This document shows, one piece after another, positions 11,466-25,760 of a stretch of 64,000 bases of DNA; position 1 is the stretch's first letter; each line of letters starts with the position of its first letter. The stretch spans positions 120,718,117 through 120,782,116 of the forward strand of contig NC_068981.1 in NCBI RefSeq assembly GCF_001194135.2, in the 5' to 3' direction. The notes beneath the pieces are model-generated. The model had not been told where the DNA came from, ran no database searches, and worked only from the letters and a program-made list of their open reading frames with translations. The stretch is from Octopus bimaculoides. Its lineage: Eukaryota. Both the position numbers and the translations under genes were made by a program.

Positions 11466-13360
11466 AAAGGTGGCCTTAGCTGGAACATTTTTGATAAACA
11501 AAAAAACAAAAATGCCCAAACAAGATCAACAATATGTAGCATTTTTTCTTCCATATTTTTACCTCGGTTTTTATCTGATGCTGTTTAAAATCACTTTTAT
11601 TGCAAGAATGTTATTTTCCATTCAACTTGTTTTTAATCAATTTCAATTCTTTATTGTTTTCCCATTCAGATAAAATTTCTCAAACACCAGAATTTTATCA
11701 CCGTCATTCACATTCATATATTGAATAGTTAGATGAGATGAGATAGATAGCTATCCAAGAGTTAATCAGTATCACAGAGATGAACTTTAAAAGCCAGTAA
11801 TATTGAGGAAATATATTCATTTCCTTTCTTGAGATATGTATGACATTATCATAATTTGTCATTATATTAATATTTTATTGCTTTCTTTTAAATGTCTTTA
11901 GTATTCTAGAAACTTGTAGACTATCTTTATTTACTGGTTGCTTCCATAACACCAATAGGAGTGTCCAGGCTGCCATTTACGGTTCTATAAAAAAAGAAGT
12001 AAAAAAGTAAAAACAAACAGTAACCATCTCATCTTCTGAAGCCATCACATATTGATTTCACAGTATTGTTCGTGTTTTCTCATTGTATTATATTTGATAA
12101 TCTTAGTATCTACTTATACAGTATACTAAAATATATTTTTATATGTATATACTAGCATAGTAACTGACAAAACCAACAGGGTTTATTTTAGTCACTTTTC
12201 AGTAATTCTTAATATTTATACTTTAAATCATGCTCTGTTTTACTGTTATATTTACTTTTGTTTTCTTCCAGTTATCCTCGAGTTTTTGATTCTGCTTTTC
12301 CTTGTTTCCATTTTGCACTTCTCTATTCATATTGGGCAATTGTCTTTTCCATTTTGCATTTCTCTGTTCATACTGGGCAATTGTCCTATGATATTGTCAT
12401 CTTTTTTTCCCACTGTTTGAAATAGAGCAATTTCTTTGTGACTGAGAGTTTCTTCATATGACTTACAATTACCTCTTGCATATTTGAGCTAGTGTCTCTT
12501 CATTCCTTTATTCATGTTCTCTCACTCCTTCATTATCTTCATTGATTTATTCACATATCTCATTATTTCTTCTCTTTGACTCTCTCTCTTGATAATTTTT
12601 CTCTCTTTCTTTTTCTCAATTGAAATCTGCCTTCATTTCTTTTTATCTCCCAATATATTTCTCCTTCTTCACACTTTAATATCATTTATAAATCTCTCCC
12701 ATTCTTTCTCTTTTTGCCATTGTCATTTTCTGTCATTTACTCACTTTCTATTTCTCTAATATTTTATCATGTTGCCTCTCCAATTTTCTCTCTCTGTCCT
12801 ACAGTTCTAGCTTTCTTTTTTTCCCACCTCTTGTCTCTTATTTGTGCCCTCTTTCTGTCTTGCTGTTTTTTCCATCACTCCTTATATTTCACTATTTGTT
12901 CACCTGACTGCCTGTCTTCCTAGCATCCTTACTGTGGACTGCTGGTTCTGTGTTTGTGTATATAGATATTCTGTCAACATCCCACCTTTCTGTTTAGCTA
13001 TCTAAATTTACGTTCTGAGTTCAAATTCCGCCTAGGTAGACGTTGCCTTTCATCCTTCCAGGGTCACTAAATAAGTACCAGCTGAGCACTGGTTTTGATC
13101 TAATCAACTTACCACCTTTCCTGAAATTGCAGGCCTTGTGCCAAAATTTGAAATTTATGATTAAGCCTCATTCATTCATACCACTTCTGCCAAACATTGG
13201 GAATATTATCTGTTTTTACAGCTTCCCAACTCATCTCCTCCTTATTCCTCATTATTAGTGTTGTGTCCAGGTCATAATTATTTTGGTAGGTTCTGTTATA
13301 TATTTAATGGCTTTAATCTATGTGATAATCCTTGTTTTTCCTATTTATTACTGGAATTCT

Positions 13361-13584
13361 TTAACCCTTTAGCATTCAGATTTCTTTGTCAAATGTAATG
13401 CTTATTCACATTGCTTTGAATGAACCACACTTTATCTTCTAGCTTCAGAATTTCAATGGTGTGTTTGTATATTTCTAGAATGATATTGTAAAGTAGGTCT
13501 GAAAGATTGGATGTGGTCAATATTAACATAAAACAGGTATAATATTTGGTTTGGTTATGGCTGAACTGAATGCTAAAAAATTCA
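13361..13584. mobile_element. piggyBac-like MITE (family B); other copies at 10935-11030, 37202-37424, 58568-58795 and ~63690-63852
   Basis: Copies begin ttaaccctttagcattc and end gaatgctaaagggttaa (TTAA-CCC...GGG-TTAA), with a shared ~220-bp interior. Confidence 0.65.
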
Positions 13585-14048
13585 AGTTTTCTCTTTGAAG
13601 ATTCTGACCTATTAATATATTTTGTGTTTGTTCCTTAATGGGGTGTCTTTCATTTTCCTGAATTAAATGGCTTTTTTTTTTTTCAATTTTTGTTTTAATG
13701 TCTGAGGTTTAGTTACTGCACTATCAATTCGCTGGTTGTAAGTTTGAATTTCATAACAACTATTGCTTCTGTTCGACTGACATAAATTGGAGATCAGTGG
13801 CTGAATTTATTTTTTATCATTTACTTATTTCAGTTATTAGTCTCTGGCCATGCTGGGGCACTGTCTTGATGAGTTTAGTCAAAAAAATCAACCCTACTAC
13901 TTACTTTTTTAAGTACTGCTAGTACTCATTCTGCTGATCTATTTTGCTGAACCACCACTAAGTTATGGGGATGTAAACAAACCAACACTGGTTGTCAAGC
14001 AGTTCACACACTTGCACAAACCCAAACTCTCTCTCTCTTATTCACACG

Positions 14049-14107
<59 letters not shown>

Positions 14108-16121
14108 TCTGTCAACCAAATCCTTAACCACACAGTGACACTTATATCTAAAGCTTACTATGCAAGGAGACCCTTGATCCAACTGTGTGAGGAGAAAAAA
14201 CAAAAATACTACTCAAATAAAAGCATTCCTTTTCACACTAATATGAAAAAAGAGATGCGAAACAGCATATAACTTGTTTATCTTCTCAGATAAACCATCA
14301 ATTGTTTCCCTCTAATTTCTGGTATTTCTATTTTTGTTTTGACACTATAGTCTCTATCTTAGTTCTACTTGGGAATAATGATTTTGGATATCTGTTAATA
14401 TTGATAAATCCTTCAATTTGTTTTTGTGTTCTTCGTCTATTTTTGTTCTCCAATGTTATTTTTTGTTTGCTTGTTTCCTCATCGTTTGTCTTTTGTTTTG
14501 AGTTTTTTTTCCCATTTATAGTCCTATATCATATTAAGCTGCCTTGTAGTGCATATGGTCTATTTCTGGTAGAATTAGTTGTATTGCTTCAATACCTATT
14601 TATATTCTCTCTTTGTATTTGTTTGTCAGTGCTATTTTCAGAGCAGGCACTATTCTTCAACGCCTCTTAATTTTAATTCATTTATTTAATCCCTGTGTTT
14701 TCTTTTGTGTTTGGCAAGTCAGCCATTATTGCAGAGTTATTATATAATCTGCTTTACAAACATAACCTCAACATTGCAGCTCTGTGCAACTCTGTGAAAT
14801 ATTGCTGAACTATACAACCTGGAAACCTTAACTTTCAGAACTTTGATGTTATGGTAATATTATTTAGATCTTACTTATCTAACTTCTGACTTCTGTGGCT
14901 GCTGTTTGTGATATAATCTATCTCACCTCTGATGCATTGTTCTTTGTATGTTATAGTGCTGAAGTTTGCGTTCATTGTTTGAGGTTGGTATTTTCAAATC
15001 TCTTTTGTTTATTGCTTATGTGTATTTTGTTTAATGACTAGTAATTTTGTTGAAGGTCTGTTATTTCTCTTGATTCTTTATTTCATATTAGCCATTGCAT
15101 TACTGTTCAAACATTCAAAGATTATGATTTCTCCATATTTTTAAACTCTATTCGGTTTTAAATCCTGTTAGGGAAAGACATTCTCATTACTTGACTATAC
15201 TTAATTACTGACCATTTCTGTTTAGGTAATTTTAGCCTTCCTCATACTTTTCCTTGTATCTTACAAAAATATCCTACTTTATTAATCTCCATACTTCCTA
15301 TGATTCAATGACCTGCTGTTCGTGTGTTATTGTATGCTAAACCATGAAAGAACGACATTAGTAGATTTCATTCCTTTGACACTACTGCTTTTTATCGTTT
15401 TAACACCATTATGTTTACAAGACTAAATGTATTTTCACAATATTTTCTCATTGAATTTCCTCACTTAATCGAATTCAGTGACATTATTATCGATGAATAC
15501 AAATTGTTCAGAGGTGTTTTGTTCTTGTTTTAGATTGTTAGTTTGTGAATTATGCAAATTATTATTTGAATTGCCCTGTGAGTAAATTAACACTATTTGC
15601 TGATTCCAATCAACTCTGTATAATCATGATGGAACCTCTATGTAGTTGACCTGTTAGAAATAACAGCTAAATCTTCTCCAAATCACACTCTACCATATTA
15701 AAAGAAGAAGTACTCACTGGACATTGTGGTCTTAGATATATAAAAAAGGATGGGATATGCATAGCTGGAATACAGCTTATCATAGGTCTGCTGGAACAAA
15801 GTTGACCTGGGGCTAAAGAACAACAGTTATTTTTACATTTGTTACAAGACTTGGAATTCAGTTGGGGATTTATTGCAATTGATTAGCTTCTCTACCAAAC
15901 CCGGGTTTCTCTCTCATATTACAACTTCTCTCCGATATATTGTCTCTTTGGATACATTATATTTAGTTACAGTAACAGCTGTTTGGCTAGGATGTTTCAT
16001 GAATATGTGGTTTCCAGTTCCATCCCATTGTGTGGCACCTTGGGCAAATGTCTTCTAAAATAGCCTCGAGTAGGTCAGTGCTTTGTGAATGAAGTTAGTA
16101 AACAAAAACTAGATGGAAATC

Positions 16122-16153
<32 letters not shown>

Positions 16154-16939
16154 TTGTGTATTTGTAATGTACAAATGTCTTTACTTTGACATTGTTTGAG
16201 CAAACATGGTGATGCTTGTTTATGGCTCTTGCAAATAATCTGTCCTGTAGATTAGCAGTGAAGGCCAACTGAATGAATATTACTTTACTTAAAGGACAAA
16301 TGTTAGCAACAGGAAAGGCATCCAACTCTAGAATATTACCTCAATAAGTCCCAATCAACCCTTGCCTGTATGGAAAAGATGGATGTAACAATGGTAATAA
16401 TAATGATTATTTTTCCAATTTTGCCTGAGTAGGAATTGCAGTTGTAAATTTGGATGTCTATCTATTATTGGAATAAATGTCTTATAGATGACTGTCCTTC
16501 TTACTGCTGCCAAGTAACCATCAAGTAACAGTACCTGTTGTTGCTGCTGCTGTTGTTATTGTTTAGTTCCAAATATACTCAAATGCCTCCCAGCAAAAAG
16601 TATTTTGTCTTTTTTTAGGATTATCTAGGGTTTGAGATACATTTGGCCATTATGTCTAGCAGGAAAGTGACTACATAATGATTGTGTAGAACCCATAGCT
16701 GCCATGAACTTTTCAATTTCCATTATGTTAAGCTCTACTATTCATATTTAGATTACATCATTTCTAATATTGCATACATCCACCCAATTTCCATCCCACA
16801 CTCCTATCTACAAGTGCTGAAATGGTCTGTAGGTTCACCCTTATACCTCCCAATGCTATTACAAGACACTTGAAAGTTGATTTCAGGATGAAGTATTGAA
16901 AGCTAATTTCAAGACACTGAGCCTTATCAAGGACTGAGA

Positions 16940-17130
16940 TATCTGGTGCTGGTGCTACATAAAAAGCACCCAGTACACTCTATGGAGTGGTTGTATTAGG
17001 AATGGCATCCAGCTGAAGATACTGTGCGAAAACAAACAATGGAGCCTGGTGTGCCCCAAGCCTTACTCTAGTCAAACCATCCAAACCATGTCAGCATGGA
17101 AGACGGACATTAAATAAATGATGATGATAA
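16940..17130 (+). mobile_element. SINE-like repeat with (GAT)n tail (family 3)
   Basis: aaagcaccc..tacactct..ggagtggttg..ttagga..ggcatccagctg...catg.cagcatggaagacggacatt...gatgatgat. Further copies at 23874-24030, 24140-24395, 53975-54235, 56305-56560 (-), 60790-60990 and 62495-62670. Confidence 0.7.
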
Positions 17131-17169
17131 TATATGGGTATGATAGCCAGTGATTCAAAGGAAGATACA

Positions 17170-17385
17170 ACATTTGTATTTATACTTCTTCAGATATAGG
17201 GACAGGGAGATCCCTACATCCTTGTCCCACTTTATCCAGAGATTCCAGGACCATAGTAGCACCTTACCCAACACCAAATGGAATATACTCAACAGGTCCC
17301 TTCTTTATTTGCCTGGAGCTCAAAACTGCCAACTCTGCCCCGTGAAAAACTGCACATACTTCAGTAGCCTGCAGTATCTATTGAT
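17170..17385 (+). mobile_element. Penelope-like element, GIY-YIG endonuclease C-terminal fragment
   Basis: FRYRDREIPTSLSHFIQRFQD...NTKWNILNRSLLYLPGAQNCQLC resembles the PLE pattern SF...T.LS.YIW.LK...IKW.IL...Y..G...C.LC. Confidence 0.6.
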
Positions 17386-17980
17386 AGACACATATTTCAT
17401 ATTGCCGTCATGCACTTTTGATATCTTTCAAACCATTGACTTCTGATAATCCCAATATACCATACCATTCTACTTATGCTGCTCACAAAGATCACCACCC
17501 TCATTCCAGCTGCTCCTTGATGCAGAATACACACTGTACACATCTGCACCAGATATCACACACTGGTGATTAAGTGACATTAGCCTTCAACCTGCTTTAA
17601 CACATGGTGCATCTTCACCTACTGTCTGTGGCCACTAAATTATCACAACAACCACATGACCATAACTTAACATCTCTCTCTCTCTCTAATACAGAGGCCA
17701 TTTCTCACTGCCCCCATGTCTCAAGCATTGATATCACTAGCACACCAAACTTCAAGGACTAAGTGATATTAATATCTTGCCTGCTTTAACTTGTGGAGTG
17801 CTTGTATCTAGTAAAACTAACATAATCTGAACTGGCCAATGGGGATTAAGGTCTCTCTGGAATAAAGATGACAACTTGATTTTCATTGCTTTTGATTGTC
17901 CAAGGAGATGGACATCCTTTCACATCCACAAAAGTAATATGAGGAGCTAAGTCATCTTGTTAATGTATCTACGTGTGTGC

Positions 17981-18024
<44 letters not shown>

Positions 18025-18029
18025 ATATG

Positions 18030-18072
<43 letters not shown>

Positions 18073-18766
18073 NNNNNNNNNNNNNNNNNNNNNNNNNNNN
18101 NNNNNNNNNNNNNNNNNNNNNNNNNNNNNNNNNNNNNNNNNNNNNNNNNNNNNNNNNNNNNNNNNNNNNNNNNNNNNNNNNNNNNNNNNNNNNNNNNNNN
18201 NNNNNNNNNNNNNNNNNNNNNNNNNNNNNNNNNNNNNNNNNNNNNNNNNNNNNNNNNNNNNNNNNNNNNNNNNNNNNNNNNNNNNNNNNNNNNNNNNNNN
18301 NNNNNNNNNNNNNNNNNNNNNNNNNNNNNNNNNNNNNNNNNNNNNNNNNNNNNNNNNNNNNNNNNNNNNNNNNNNNNNNNNNNNNNNNNNNNNNNNNNNN
18401 NNNNNNNNNNNNNNNNNNNNNNNNNNNNNNNNNNNNNNNNNNNNNNNNNNNNNNNNNNNNNNNNNNNNNNNNNNNNNNNNNNNNNNNNNNNNNNNNNNNN
18501 NNNNNNNNNNNNNNNNNNNNNNNNNNNNNNNNNNNNNNNNNNNNNNNNNNNNNNNNNNNNNNNNNNNNNNNNNNNNNNNNNNNNNNNNNNNNNNNNNNNN
18601 NNNNNNNNNNNNNNNNNNNNNNNNNNNNNNNNNNNNNNNNNNNNNNNNNNNNNNNNNNNNNNNNNNNNNNNNNNNNNNNNNNNNNNNNNNNNNNNNNNNN
18701 NNNNNNNNNNNNNNNNNNNNNNNNNNNNNNNNNNNNNNNNNNNNNNNNNNNNNNNNNNNNNNNNNN
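18073..18766. other. Assembly gap (other gaps: 23808-23873, 24776-25568, 27219-27374, 28421-28673, 30122-30422, 36421-36478, 43689-44100)
   Basis: Runs of N, mostly bordered by (TA)n, (CA)n, (TC)n or poly-A repeats. Confidence 1.
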
Positions 18767-20669
18767 TATATATATATATATGTAGATTGATAGATGCATG
18801 AATGCATGTCTACGTATATGCTTCCTTACAGTTTCCATCTGCTAAATTTCACTCACAAGACATTGGTCAGCTTGTGGCCAAAGTAGGAAACATTTACCTA
18901 AGGTGCTATGCAGTGGGATGGAACCTGAAGCCACATTGTTGTGAAATGAAACATCATTACCATGCTACCCTGCCTGATTATCATATTTATAATAATCATC
19001 ACTATGGTGGTGTGAGTCATTGCTCTGCATTGGAACCACTTCACTTACATTTCATAAGTCTGTGGTGCAGGCATAATTATTCCAAATTCATACATTCTCC
19101 CCACATTTTAATGTTATACTTCATCCCTATTCAGCAAATATTAATTCTTTGGATAGTCATCATGAATATCAATAATATTATTATGTATTAAATGATAAAG
19201 CAGCTTAAGATTTTGTTCATAAGATTTTTTTCTGATGTAGTCCTCGACAACAGCTATACAGTATTAACATAGCTTAATCAATATGAAATATTGGCTAAAT
19301 TCATGATGTTAGATTCATGATGACAAGCCTTACGTTTAACATTATGTCAGTATTGTATGATATTTAGTAGTCTAACTTATGAGGGTGTCTGTTTGTTGAA
19401 GGTTAGTGATGTTGGTGTTATTTAGTCCAAGGTCCACTCTGATCATTGGACCAATGGTCAAAGATGTTTCAAGACTATATTACTCAATGTGACTTTCCTA
19501 CTTTTGAAGATAGTATGCTGTGATTTAGATGAGAGTTTGGTGCTATTTCTAGCAGTTTGAGTGACTGCATTGAGGTTGCCTCATTGGGATGGATGTAGGA
19601 ACTGTTATGTGTGTATGTATGTGTATCTTTGTGTTGCCTTTATATATATTGTATGTGTGTGTGTGTGTGTGTGTTGCCTTTATATGTATTGTATGTGTTT
19701 GTTGCCTGTGCAAATTAGTAGAGTTGTTAAAGAGTTGGATGAAATATCTCATAGTGTTTGTTTCTACTCTTTGCACTCTGAGGTTAAAATCCTGCCAAGG
19801 TGAACGTTGCCTTTCATCCTTTTGGGGTCAAGTGGAAAAATTACCAATCAAGGGTAATCATGATGAGCTGATCATAAACATGAACAATGTGTCTTGTTTA
19901 TCACACAGTACCCAATGAATGTCCGAACACACACACACTCTCTCTCTCTCTCTCTCTCTTTCTCTCCCTTTCGAATTATTACATGACCAATCAAGTTGAG
20001 CATTTTGGGTCAGTGGTTTGAATCTATGGATTGATATCCTTATGTTTGATCAATCACCTTCATTTCATGAGTCTAGTTGGGACATCTAGAAATAGCAGCA
20101 GTACTGTCCCTTGGAACCAATGAGGAAGTTGGTTTGCAGTTGGTTGCTCGACATGCTAAGTAAAGGCTGCCAAATCTATCTCATATTAGATTCTTACTGT
20201 CTTGAAAGCAAAACACACATTAGATAATATAGTCTTTGATGAAAATAAAAAAAAAATCCAGTACTGTATTGGTAACGATGATGAGGATTCCAGTTGAGCT
20301 GAGCAACATAACAACCTGCTTATAAAGTTTATGTACAAGTGGTTGAGCACTCCACAGACACATGTACTCTTAATGTAGTTCTTAGGGAGATTCAGCTTGA
20401 CACAGAATGTGATAAGGCAGGCCCTTTTGATTGCAGCTACAACCTATTTTTACTGTGTGGATTGGCGTAACGTGAAATAAAGCACCTTACTCAAGGAGAC
20501 AATGTGCCACTGGAAATTGAACCCACATTCTTATGATCATGAATACCCTAACCACTGAGCCATATGCCTTCTACATAGTCGTTGATACATTATATCTGAA
20601 TTTCACTCTCAAAAAGCCCCCCCGCCCCCCAATAAAAACAACAAAAAACAAAAACAAAATATCAAACAA

Positions 20670-21080
20670 ACAAACGTGATTCTGGGTTCAGTCCCACTGT
20701 GTGACACCTATTATAGCCTCAGTCCAACCAAAGCTGTGTGAGTGGATTTGGTAGATGAAAACTGAAAGAAGCCCACAATATATTTACATTTATGTATCCG
20801 TGTGTGTCTTTGCATCATATATGTATCTATATGTATGTGTGTGTGTCTTTGTGTATGTGTTTGTCCCCCCACTCCTGCTTCGCAACCAGTGTTGGTGTGT
20901 TTGCGTCTCTGTAACCTAGCAGTTCGGCAAAAGAGACTGATAGAATAAGTACCAGGCTTTAGAAAAAAAAAAAAAAAAAAAAGGAATGAGTCCTGGGGTC
21001 ACTTCATTCAGCAAAGAATTCCTCAAGGTGGTGCTCCAGCATGGCTGCAGTCTAATGACTGAAACAAGTAAAAGGTTAAA
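20670..21080 (+). mobile_element. SINE (family 1)
   Basis: Same diagnostic blocks as 11085-11465. Further copies at 23372-23800 (+), 28945-29335 (-), 46035-46490 (-), 46515-46840 (-) and 51120-51360 (+). Confidence 0.75.
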
Positions 21081-23539
21081 GGTAACAAAAAAACATTGGA
21101 TAGTCATTTCTATATTGTCTTTGATTATGGAGTCTGTTTGGTCAGGGCTAACCTGGGGCTATGCAACGACAACAACAACAGCAGCAACATCAACATCGTT
21201 ACATATAAAGCAATGTAGTACATATTTTAACACATTCAAAATTATCATCTGTCAGTTGCAAGCAGAAGTAAAAGCTGAAATCTTTTCTGTATCTATTCGC
21301 TTTATCTTTGTTTTGTTTTTTTAATTCTTTCTTTTTACTTTCCTCCTCTTTATTTTACATGCTTTCCTTCCTTACTTCTCTCTGAGTCTGATAAGAGAGA
21401 GAGAAGGAGAGGAGAGGAAAGTGAGTGAATGTGAATGCATGACTGAGAGAGAGAGAGAGAGAGAAAGAGAGAGCTGTTAAGGGAATTGATATCTGATTAT
21501 AATTATCACACAAACATACAAACACATACTCTTTCTCTCAACACTTTTTCACTCTCATCTCTCACTTTTTTACTTTCACTTTCACTACTCTCTCTCTCTA
21601 CTCTCACTATTTTCTCTCAACATTGTTTTCTTTCTCTCTCCATCTCTTCCTCTCTTTTTCTCATCCTTCTTTATCAACACACACTTCCTATCTCATCACT
21701 CTCTATCACTCCTTCTCTTTCACTCTCTCTCACCTTCTTTCTTATCCTTCTTTATCAATACTACATCATCTCTTTCGCCTTTTCTCTCTTTCCCAACCTT
21801 CATTATCAATACTCCTCCTGCTCTGTCCTCTGCCCTCTCTCTCCCACTCACCCTCTATATGCTCATTGTAGTGAGGTTCTTTGTTTTGTTCTGTGTCATT
21901 CAACATACCTGATTCACTCAACACAGTTCAGGAATCCATTAATGCTTTGCTCAATTGTTCTCTCTGCCAATCGAAGACAATGCTGAGAGAGTTACACTGA
22001 AACTAAATGAAGCAAAGCGAAGTAACTCTCATCCATCACCCATGTTGTATTCAGACTCACTTTTATTCCAACTCCATATATACAGAGACAGGCACAGCAA
22101 TGAGTAGATTCTGTAGCAAATAAAAAAAAAAAAAGGAATAATTACAAATTATCAAATGAGAATACAGTATGTGTGTGTGTGTGTGTGTGTGCTTGTAAGT
22201 ATGTGTGTGTGTTCTTGTATTTGTGTGAGAATATATGAGATTTTGTTTTTGTGACTGATTTTCAAACTATTTTCTCTGTATGTATTTATAGGTGTCTGTT
22301 GTTATTGTTATTGTCATTGTTGTTGTTTTTGTTGGTGTGTGTGTGTGTGTGTGTGTGGTTGTGACATATGACTTAAAATGTCATTTAAAAAAATTATTTT
22401 GCAATTGCATGTATGTGTGTGTGTGAATGCATGCTTTTGTGTGTCTGCATGAATGTGTTTGTGTGTGTATGCGTGTGTGTGTGTGTGTGTGTGTGTATCT
22501 ATTTGTACATTACTGTTTGCGAAACTCGTTCTAAACTTTAATTCTTTGTGTGTATTTGTGTGAAGTGTTCACGTGAACAGGTGTGCACTGCATGTGAATG
22601 ACTGTGCTCACAGCTGTGTGTGTGTGTGTGTGTGTGTATGTACATTTGTGATTGATTTTAAATATTGCTTATGTGTGTGGGAGACAAGAGAGAGAAAGGG
22701 AGAATTAATTGTTTCATGTATGCTTCTTTATTTGTGTGCATGTATGTGTGTATGTATTTTTGTGTGTTCTGCACATGTCATGTATGCATGTGTGTGCTTT
22801 TGTGTGCATGTTTGGTATTAAGTATAATCCTTTGTATATGTGCGTGTGTATATCTACATTCTGTGTGATTATAATTCAGTGAACATGTCTGTGCAAGTGA
22901 ATATGCATATATCTCTGTATATGCAACATGCACAGATAGGGTGCATATTTTGCATGCATATGTAATGTGACTGTTCGATGCCTGCTTATGTAAGGTATTA
23001 AAAAGGTGGAGTTTGATAACATGTGTTGTTTTCAAAGCAACAGATAACTACAAGTGACATGTACATTCAACATGCTTATACAAGAATGTACGTTTATGCT
23101 GCAGATATGCATATATGAATGGGTGTGTCTGTCTGTCTCTTGTGCTGAAACAGGTGTCACCATCATACAAAGGATATCATTTATTGCTGAGCTTTTGTTG
23201 AGAACATGTCTGGCTGTAGGAACACTCTACTACTGTTTAGAAACAGGTGAGAGGTGGTGACAAGAAAAGCTTCCAACTGTACAAAATGTATCTCAATGAA
23301 TTTCTTTTGAGCCATGGAAAAATGGATGCTAAAATGATGATGATAATGATTATGATTATATATAATTATAGGTGCAGACATAGCTGTGGGGTAAGAAGTT
23401 TGCTTCCCAATTACATGGTTCTGGGTTCAGTCCCATTGCATGGCACTTTGGGCAAGTGTCTTCTACTATAGCCTTCTACCATAGCCTTCTACCATAGCCT
23501 TATGAGTGGATTTGGTTGAAGGAAACTGAAGAAGCCCAT

Positions 23540-23584
<45 letters not shown>

Positions 23585-24556
23585 CTTTGTGTCTGTGTTT
23601 GTCCTCCCCCATCATTGCTTGACAACTGATGTCTGTGTGCTTACGTCCCCATAACTTAGTGGTTTGGCAAAAGAGACTGAGTGAAAAAGTACTAGGCTTA
23701 TAAAGAATAAGTCTTGGAGTCGATTTCTTCGACTAAGAAAACCCTTTAAGGTAGTGCTCCAACATGGCTTCTGTCAAATGACTGAAACAAGTAAAAGAAT
23801 ATATATANNNNNNNNNNNNNNNNNNNNNNNNNNNNNNNNNNNNNNNNNNNNNNNNNNNNNNNNNNNNNNNNNNCTCAGTCCATTCTGTGTTAGAAAGGGC
23901 ATCCAGCAGTAGAAACTATGCCAAAACAGACACAGTAGCTTGGAGTAGTCTTCTATCTTGCTGGCTCCTGTCAAACTGTCCAACCCATGCCGGCATGGAA
24001 GGCGAATGTTAAACAGTGATGATGATGATGTGATATATACATATAGACATCACTTTTTGCTTTCTCTCATTTTGCATTCATGTATTCATGTATATATATT
24101 TTATATTTCATACCCAAACTGTTATATTTGATATATATGATGTGCTGGTGGCATGTAAAAAGCACCATTCAAGCGTGGTCAATGCCAGTACCACCTGACT
24201 GGCCCTTGTGCTGGTGGCACATAAAAAGCATCCACTACACTCTCGGAGTGGTTGGCATTAGGAAGGGCATACAACTGTAGAAACTTTGCCCGATCAGATT
24301 GGAGCCTGGTGCAGCCTTCTGGCTTACCAGAACTCAGTTAGACTGTCCAACTCATGCCAGCATGGAAAGCAGACGTTAAACGATGATGATGATGTTTATC
24401 CTCATGATTGCCTCCATATCTACTCAACTTGATCCCTCTTATAACCATTCTTTACCCAATGGAATTGATCCCCTATAAAGATGTCGGAGTCTAAGTATGA
24501 ATTGTTTAAGCAATACTAAGTGTCTTCTATACTGAGAATCTCTGGGGCTCATCTGC

Positions 24557-24603
<47 letters not shown>

Positions 24604-25760
24604 GCAGGTACCATAGAAAGTTTCCATATAAAGTCAGAAGTGAAAGAAGAGTGCTCTATATTGTAAACAGAGCTTAATGTTATTTACAATATAGACTACT
24701 GGTGTAGTTAGGGGTATCTGAGGTATTGGAATTCATATTTGTAAACAATTATTTAATTACTACATATCTTATGGANNNNNNNNNNNNNNNNNNNNNNNNN
24801 NNNNNNNNNNNNNNNNNNNNNNNNNNNNNNNNNNNNNNNNNNNNNNNNNNNNNNNNNNNNNNNNNNNNNNNNNNNNNNNNNNNNNNNNNNNNNNNNNNNN
24901 NNNNNNNNNNNNNNNNNNNNNNNNNNNNNNNNNNNNNNNNNNNNNNNNNNNNNNNNNNNNNNNNNNNNNNNNNNNNNNNNNNNNNNNNNNNNNNNNNNNN
25001 NNNNNNNNNNNNNNNNNNNNNNNNNNNNNNNNNNNNNNNNNNNNNNNNNNNNNNNNNNNNNNNNNNNNNNNNNNNNNNNNNNNNNNNNNNNNNNNNNNNN
25101 NNNNNNNNNNNNNNNNNNNNNNNNNNNNNNNNNNNNNNNNNNNNNNNNNNNNNNNNNNNNNNNNNNNNNNNNNNNNNNNNNNNNNNNNNNNNNNNNNNNN
25201 NNNNNNNNNNNNNNNNNNNNNNNNNNNNNNNNNNNNNNNNNNNNNNNNNNNNNNNNNNNNNNNNNNNNNNNNNNNNNNNNNNNNNNNNNNNNNNNNNNNN
25301 NNNNNNNNNNNNNNNNNNNNNNNNNNNNNNNNNNNNNNNNNNNNNNNNNNNNNNNNNNNNNNNNNNNNNNNNNNNNNNNNNNNNNNNNNNNNNNNNNNNN
25401 NNNNNNNNNNNNNNNNNNNNNNNNNNNNNNNNNNNNNNNNNNNNNNNNNNNNNNNNNNNNNNNNNNNNNNNNNNNNNNNNNNNNNNNNNNNNNNNNNNNN
25501 NNNNNNNNNNNNNNNNNNNNNNNNNNNNNNNNNNNNNNNNNNNNNNNNNNNNNNNNNNNNNNNNNNNNAGTATGAATTGTTTAAGCAATACTAAGTGTCT
25601 TCTATACTGAGAATCTCTGGGGCTCATCTGCTGAATATATATATATATATATATGTATACACGCACAAGTTTGCATATGTATGTGTGTATGTACATATCT
25701 CTTTCAATAATGTGCACATATATATATATACACACACACACATATACACATATATATATG

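Noticed and set aside
14715-14880. Possible APE endonuclease remnant (LLYKHNLNIAALC)
   Set aside because: Too short and degenerate to call without an HMM search.
17947-18838. Long ORFs of 270-290 aa (also 24726-25843, 27162-27503, 28331-28796, 30080-30471, 43453-44140)
   Set aside because: They span N-gaps and (TA)n/(CA)n repeats, so they are artefacts.
24494-25650. Identical ~75-bp sequence on both sides of a gap (24494-24568 and 25569-25643)
   Set aside because: Perfect identity next to a gap and a (TA)n tract points to an assembly overlap rather than a real duplication.
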